NCBI RefSeq assembly: GCF_020745735.1
Contig: NW_026867509.1
Coordinates: forward strand, 1,922,001 to 1,986,000
Length of the DNA: 64,000 nucleotides
Origin: Hemiscyllium ocellatum
Taxonomy: Eukaryota
Direction of reading: 5' to 3'
Positions 61,219 through 64,000 of this stretch are shown here, piece after piece. Made by a program: the position numbers and the translations under genes. The notes below the pieces were generated by a model that ran no database searches, was not told the origin of the DNA, and was given only the letters and a program-made list of their open reading frames with translations. The first letter of the stretch is position 1; the number at the start of each line of letters is the position of its first letter.

Positions 61219-62026
61219 ATGTTGCCAGGAGCTCTGGATTTACTCCTCACAATTGCAGCTATTCTAACTGGTAGGTTAAACACCTGTCTATGTCTGTGCT
61301 TCAGCTCTTTGCTGAGAAGTGAATTATATTCAATCAACTTGCGCAACATAGAAGCAACAATACATTCTCCGCCCAAAAAAATCTGGATCTAAATTTTCCC
61401 CAACAATGAGCAAAATCTGACAGAAATGAGCGAATGTAAATGAGGCAATGGCAGTGGAAGAGTTCGGCTTGAAATGCAGACAGGTCTAAGATAATTCAGA
61501 TGATTTTACCGAGGGGAGAGTTTTATATCCACCAACAGTTTTCATGTTTCACTACAGGTTTCGAGAGATGTAATGGGAAATGATCACGACATATGGAATG
61601 CAATCCAGTTTGACTTCCCTCATTTATTTCTCGGTTTATTGATGAAGGTACATTTGCGAATTCTGGACTTTAAGTATATTGTCGTGCCTTATTTAATTTT
61701 GTATAACTCCTGGCTCTTGTAGGACTTTGTCGTGGCGATTCTGTCTCACAAACACCGGCTGCAATCAAACTGAATGAGGGGGACGATGTGCTGTTGTTCT
61801 GTAATTACACTACAATAAGCAACAATGCTTACCTGTACTGGTACCGTCAACCTTCCAACGGATCCGTACAGTTTCTGCTACAGAAAGAGCAATACAGCGA
61901 GAAAACGGGGAGTTTCCTACTGGGCCGGCTTTCCTGGAATTTTGATCCTGTGAACCGCACTATCAAACTGAATGTGTTGAGTACAGAACTAACAGACTCT
62001 GCAGTGTATGACTGCGCACTGAGTCC
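61219..62026 (+). CDS. TRAV/TRDV-type V segment, open frame (YDC instead of YYC)
   Basis: Leader 61219-61270 MLPGALDLLLTIAAILTG/gtagg. 452-nt intron. Exon 61723-62026 LCRGDSVSQTPAAIKLNEGDDVLLFCNYTTISNNAYLYWYRQPSNG...TELTDSAVYDCALS. Confidence 0.93.
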
Positions 62027-62065
62027 CACAGAGAATGAGAACTGGGCTGACCCTGTACAAAAACT
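62027..62065 (+). other. 23-RSS
   Basis: CACAGAG-23-ACAAAAACT. Confidence 0.92.
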
Positions 62066-64000
62066 CTAAGAACATCTCTGTACATGATTGTGTGTTCAGC
62101 GAACAGTGAGATCCGGTGTATATCTGAAGCGATTCTTGAGCTCACAGTGATATCTGATACTTGACATTCGGACACAAATATTTACCTATTATAAATCCAT
62201 TATTGAAATAAACGAATAGTTTCGTGAACGTAAAACAAATAAAAATATTTTGTGCGTTTGTTGATGTTAGAAAATGCTGTGACAGCGATGAGCTGCTATT
62301 GAACAGCTAGTTTTGATCCAGCACATTCCTCCAGTAAAATGGAACTGCAGCATTCAGTTTGAGAGATGATATATTGCAACACGATTCTAATAATGAAACA
62401 TTGGAATAATCTGAACAATGGCAAACATCTTGTGCATTATTGAGTACTGTCCCTGTGACTTCACGTTAACCATTCCAGATTTACGGGACAAGTATAACGC
62501 TGACATGTTTTAAAATATTAAGAATTAGGTAGGATGTAACTCACGACTAAACCAATTAAAAGCATTGAGTAGCGGCTGCCTGATGAGTCAGAGCCGCCAG
62601 TAAAACGTCACTTGACGTTTCTGTTGTTAGGCTGGATGGAAATGAACACTTTTAATCCTCTCAGCAAATTTCCTAATTCTTTGTCAGCAAATCACATCTG
62701 GATATTTAATCTGTGTATAAACAATCCCTCTTCTCTTTATGGTGGTAACTGAGAAATACAAAGTCCTATTTTGGTAGCTCGTCACAAAAAGTAAATTTCC
62801 TGAATTTGGGCATTCGATCCAATAACGTGTGTTTCTGTAGAATAGAGGATTAACGTGGGATTTGGCATCCCTCAGGAGTTAGTACATTCTGCCGATCAGC
62901 ATAACCCTGTTGTTATGGAAAAAGTGAAACCTTTCGATCAGATCACACGTGAGACGAAATATTGAGATGTCGACAGTCACACTGTCCTTCTAATTCTATG
63001 AATGGCATTGAAGTTTGAAAAGGTTCAATTTGTCGTTTTGGGTTTCATTCTGAAGAAAGTGTAATTGTCATTATTTGATGTTGGTCATCAGACGTGCTGC
63101 ATGAAAGAACAGAGCAGGATCTGCTTTGAGTTGCTGAGCTGCAGCGATGTACATCACCCATAAAAAGTGTCGTTCAACTCGTCGTATTCCAGAAGCTTGG
63201 GTAGATTTGACCCGAAGTTCCTCGTCGAATTTGTTCAAGCAGTTGACTTCAAAAGATTCGCACTAGGCATGAAGGCGCATTTCACGAGATTGGATTATAA
63301 AATGGAGGAATAACTGTGAATGAAGAGAGAGAAATTTTCAAATGGGAAAGAGATGACAAGGAAGCAGCCATATAGGAACAAATACAATTTGCTTTCCAGA
63401 AAAAAATGCTAGGCGTTTTAAGACTCAATTTAAATAGTATCAATTATTATCTTCGCTTTTTGTTCACGTTGTGAAGGTTACTATTCCCGCTCATGGCTCG
63501 GTTAACAACTCAACTCTGCGAGATAGCTGCTAAAACATGATGTAGATTGGTGCTGCAAAGAACAGCACATCTGAGTGCTACCCAGGTGGATATAGGTGTC
63601 ACTCCACCACGTTCTGGTGGATGTTACAACGTGTCTAAACTGGTCTTGATTCTCAAATCACTCGTTAAAAGCGTTCGATTTCAAGCGAGAAAATTCCTTG
63701 TCATTAATCACGTTTCTGTAGGTCCTGACATGACACGTACCAAGTACAAGATTCACACTGAAGACAACGAATTTGGCCATTGCTGAGGAGGTGGAATTAC
63801 TTCTTTATTTCGACATTGGTGGCATTCCTTTCTACAATTCCTGTTCAGCTCGTGCGTGGCTTTTCTCAACGAGTTGTATCCCTGGATTCAATAAACTCAA
63901 GTCATTTCATCCTGAACGACGGTCTCCCATGCGTTGAAATCTCTTCCATTTCTGGAAGGGAGCCTTCAGTATGTCTTTAAAAAGCTTCCTTTGAGGTTTT

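Noticed and set aside
1-64000. CRISPR arrays, rRNA or tRNA genes, TCR constant exons, Jalpha/Jdelta clusters
   Set aside because: None seen. The tRNA-like boxes belong to SINE heads, and the only J found is the NAR-TCR J.

Overview
Vertebrate genomic DNA, almost certainly from a cartilaginous fish (shark), covering part of the V array of the T-cell receptor alpha/delta locus. The centrepiece is a complete NAR-TCR cassette on the minus strand: leader plus IgNAR-like V (33168-32696), one D flanked by 12/12 RSSs, a J with a 23-RSS and a phase-1 splice donor, and a leaderless supporting Vdelta with a CDR1 cysteine (29199-28890). Directly downstream is an unusual ~60-bp-period array of RSS-derived units. 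About nine further conventional TRAV/TRDV-type genes and pseudogenes lie on both strands. Three of them form a family whose leader and V share one exon and which carry an upstream CTCF-type motif; two others share an ETS-CRE promoter motif. Three GPR139-like class A GPCR (pseudo)genes are interleaved at ~20-kb spacing. The window also holds a decayed C2H2 zinc-finger array, a near-perfect 1267-bp tandem duplication and many TE remnants (CR1, L2, Tx1, Penelope-like, HE1-like SINE, Gmr1-type Gypsy). No C, Ddelta or Jalpha/Jdelta segments, RNA genes or CRISPR arrays were found. All calls are by eye; TE boundaries are approximate.
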